A DNA stretch of 18,050 nt from contig CAZQBY010000016.1 of the NCBI GenBank assembly GCA_964592405.1, positions 1 through 18,050 on the forward strand, in the 5' to 3' direction. The DNA comes from an uncultured archaeon. Its GTDB lineage: Archaea; Altiarchaeota; Altiarchaeia; JAFGQM01. Within the stretch, counting starts at the first letter, position 1; every line of letters starts with the position of its first letter. Below are positions 15,876-18,050 of the stretch, piece by piece. Both the position numbers and the translations under genes were made by a program. The notes beneath the pieces were generated by a model, which worked only from the letters and a program-made list of their open reading frames with translations, made no database searches and had not been told where the DNA came from.

Positions 15876-16796
15876 TTAGTACAGAAGCCGGGAGTAGAAG
15901 AATTTGAATATGTCATGCTCTGTCACAATACCGGCCAGCTTACGGTCAGCTTCAACTGGAAATCCTCCCAGTCTCCGGGCTATCATTACCTCTATGAGAT
16001 GTTCAATATCATCTTCGGGGGTCATTGTCAGGAAGAAGGTATTCATCGCTTCACCAACACTCTCTCTTTTGAGTATGGTATTGGCCTCCACAGTCCCAAA
16101 ACTGGCAAATTCGTTGTTTGATATAAAGCGTAGGATATCCGTAGTTCTCAATACACCCACAACCTCTCCGTTATGCACTACTGGAAGTCTTCTCTTCCCC
16201 ATGTTTATCATTATCCGCGCCGCATCACCAATGCTCATACCCGGAGTTACAGTTATAACATCCGTGCTCATTATATCCCTTGTCTTTATTTTGGTTTCAT
16301 GACGCAGATTTCTTATAAAATCCATCTCAGAGACTATGGCTGTAACTTCCCCCTCTCTGTTGATTACAGGACAGCCGCCAACGTTGGCATCCAGAAGAGT
16401 TGCGGCAGCCTTCTCTATACTATCGCTCTCTTTCACACAAATCACATTCTCCTCCATAATCTTGGTGATGGGCAGATTGATGGCCGCAAACAGGTTTCCC
16501 CCATATGTGTTTTTTACGATGTTGTACTTCTGGCCGCCGCCAAAGAAGCTCACCAAATCACGCCCGCTCACTATGCCACTTAGCTTGTGGGTTCCCGGAT
16601 CAACTACCGGAACCCGCCGTATACCGTTATCTACCATAACCCTGCAGGCATCTTTGACAGTTGTAGTTGGGTAGATTACTATGGGGCCCTTGGAGGCAAG
16701 TCCAAGTATATGGGCGGATTTCAAGGATACGCGGTTTCCCCTGATTTCTGATATTTCTGGAGAATTTGTTGAAGGGGTTTTTGCATCCACTCTCAT
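15876..16796 (-). CDS. Four-CBS-domain protein (two Bateman modules; adenylate-sensor type)
   Basis: Four CBS motifs: GIRRVPVVD..GIVSGRD, VGGCPVIN..IVSEMD, KRRLPVV..GVLRTTD and GGFPVE..GIVTEHD. ATG 16796 avoids overlap with the upstream gene. Confidence 0.9.
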   Translation of the reverse strand: MRVDAKTPSTNSPEISEIRGNRVSLKSAHILGLASKGPIVIYPTTTVKDACRVMVDNGIRRVPVVDPGTHKLSGIVSGRDLVSFFGGGQKYNIVKNTYGGNLFAAINLPITKIMEENVICVKESDSIEKAAATLLDANVGGCPVINREGEVTAIVSEMDFIRNLRHETKIKTRDIMSTDVITVTPGMSIGDAARIMINMGKRRLPVVHNGEVVGVLRTTDILRFISNNEFASFGTVEANTILKRESVGEAMNTFFLTMTPEDDIEHLIEVMIARRLGGFPVEADRKLAGIVTEHDIFKFFYSRLLY

Positions 16797-16801
16797 CTGT
16801 A

Positions 16802-17353
16802 TCAGACCGCCTCTTCTATCTCTTCGCGACACTCCTGACACACAAGTGTTCCGTTGATATTTCTCAGATCTTCACTGTAGTTGCCACATTCCTCACACTC
16901 CCCGGACATGCCAAACTCGGTATCGAGTATGGTTCCCGTTTCCATCTTTGCCTTCTCGAATATAAGGTCATAAACAGAGGGAGATATCCTGACTATGTCT
17001 GTCTGTGTTATTACCCCCACAAGCCGCCCATTTTTCAGCACAGGAAGCCGTTTGACCCTGTTCTCTACCATCACCTCAGCGGCTTTGCGTATGTCAGCAT
17101 TTGGACTAATGCTGGCAAGCTTGGTGCCCATGATATTCCTGACCTTTATCTTGGATGGATTTTCCCCTCTTGCTATCATCGCAACCAAGTCGCCCTGCGT
17201 CAGCATCCCAACAACCTTCCCCCTTTCCATAACGGTCATGCCGCTGAGATCATGCTTTGCCATAATCTCACAGGCCTTCTTCACAGTATCTTCGGGCTTT
17301 ACTGTTACTATCCCCTTTGCCATCACATCCCCGACTTTTATCCCAGTATCCAT
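16802..17353 (-). CDS. CBS-pair protein with C-terminal zinc ribbon
   Basis: Two CBS domains (GMLTQGD; KRLPVL..GVITQTD) followed by GECEECG...LVCQEC. SD-like GAGGGGTG upstream. Confidence 0.9.
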   Translation of the reverse strand: MDTGIKVGDVMAKGIVTVKPEDTVKKACEIMAKHDLSGMTVMERGKVVGMLTQGDLVAMIARGENPSKIKVRNIMGTKLASISPNADIRKAAEVMVENRVKRLPVLKNGRLVGVITQTDIVRISPSVYDLIFEKAKMETGTILDTEFGMSGECEECGNYSEDLRNINGTLVCQECREEIEEAV

Positions 17354-17405
17354 ACTGTCGCACCCCTCGTTTTAATTAGCTGAAGCTTAAATAAAAAGAA
17401 GCGGT

Positions 17406-17780
17406 ATGAGAACTAAATCGGGCTCCCAAAAGGGGAGGTATAAGTTAGTCGTTCTGGTCAGGGATGACCTGAAGCTCTCAAAGGGCAAGGCCTGCGCACA
17501 GGTTGGTCATGCAGTCCTTGAGTGCTATCTCCGGCAGGATGACAAAAGGCTGAAGCAGGTTTGGCTGGAAGAAGGTGGAAAAAAGGTTATTCTGAAGGTG
17601 GGGAGCCTGAAAGAACTGTTTGAGATTACGGAGGCGGCAAGGCAGGCGGGGCTCATAACCGCTATTGTAGAAGATGCTGGACAGACGGAAGTTCCGCCTA
17701 AGACTATTACATGTGTTGGAATAGGGCCGGACAGGGAGGAAAAAATAGACAAAATAACTAGGAATTTGCCTCCTCTTTAG
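17406..17780 (+). CDS. pth2: Peptidyl-tRNA hydrolase, archaeal/eukaryotic Pth2 type
   Basis: YKLVVLVRDDLKLSKGKACAQVGHA, GGKKVILKV, DAGQTEVPPKTITCVGIGP and IDKIT motifs. Confidence 0.95.
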   Translation: MRTKSGSQKGRYKLVVLVRDDLKLSKGKACAQVGHAVLECYLRQDDKRLKQVWLEEGGKKVILKVGSLKELFEITEAARQAGLITAIVEDAGQTEVPPKTITCVGIGPDREEKIDKITRNLPPL

Positions 17781-18050
17781 TTCTGTACCACTCCAGTAGG
17801 TTTATATTCCCTCCCCTGTTCAGAAAGAGTATAAGCCCCAGAGCTGAAAGGAAAAAAAATGTCATCATGCTGCTGACAAGATTTACTCTTACTCCAAGGG
17901 ATATGTTCAACAGGGTGAGTATGAATGGTGATGCCAGTCCCAAGCCGAAGGACAATCCCAGCCTCTCACTCATGGCCATCGCTGTCCTCTTTGGGAACAG
18001 GGCAAGGCTCAGAAGGAAGCCCGGTATAAGTATTACCACCAGCATCTCAG
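17758..18050 (-). CDS. DUF1616-like archaeal membrane protein, probably 5'-truncated by the window edge
   Basis: LIPGFLLSLALFP...ERLGLSFGLGL...LLN pattern. The frame stays open to the window end. Overlaps pth2 convergently by 23 nt. Confidence 0.65.
   Translation of the reverse strand, partial: EMLVVILIPGFLLSLALFPKRTAMAMSERLGLSFGLGLASPFILTLLNISLGVRVNLVSSMMTFFFLSALGLILFLNRGGNINLLEWYRTKEEANS

Noticed and set aside
3061-17752. Remaining short or antisense ORFs in the track (e.g. 5625..6359, 6715..7545, 16766..17383)
   Set aside because: All lie opposite or out of frame within well-supported genes and show no family motifs.

Overview
Gene-dense archaeal chromosomal segment. Archaeal markers are Pth2, DUF211, a COG1361 S-layer-like protein, single-domain KaiC-like ATPases and a tRNA with a bulge-helix-bulge intron; the lineage cannot be fixed from sequence alone. 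Left to right: (1) a tightly coupled minus-strand operon wHTH/RHH regulator > KaiC-like ATPase > MNT nucleotidyltransferase > HEPN > a second KaiC-like ATPase that runs off the left edge and is missing from the ORF track, with a divergent wHTH regulator; (2) tRNA-Ala(GGC) with a structured 3' trailer, a UPF0104 flippase-like membrane protein and intron-containing tRNA-Met(CAT); (3) a DUF211 + VIT1/CCC1 pair, pyrD-pyrK and divergent pyrG; (4) a membrane-anchored FG-GAP/PQQ-like beta-propeller + CARDB surface protein; (5) a PadR-led MacB/FtsX-type ABC operon with a COG1361 protein and a perfect 22-bp palindrome upstream; (6) two CBS-domain genes, pth2 and a partial DUF1616-like gene. The best candidate for an undescribed system is the KaiC-MNT-HEPN-KaiC operon. 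All family calls come from reading motifs by eye; no database search was run.
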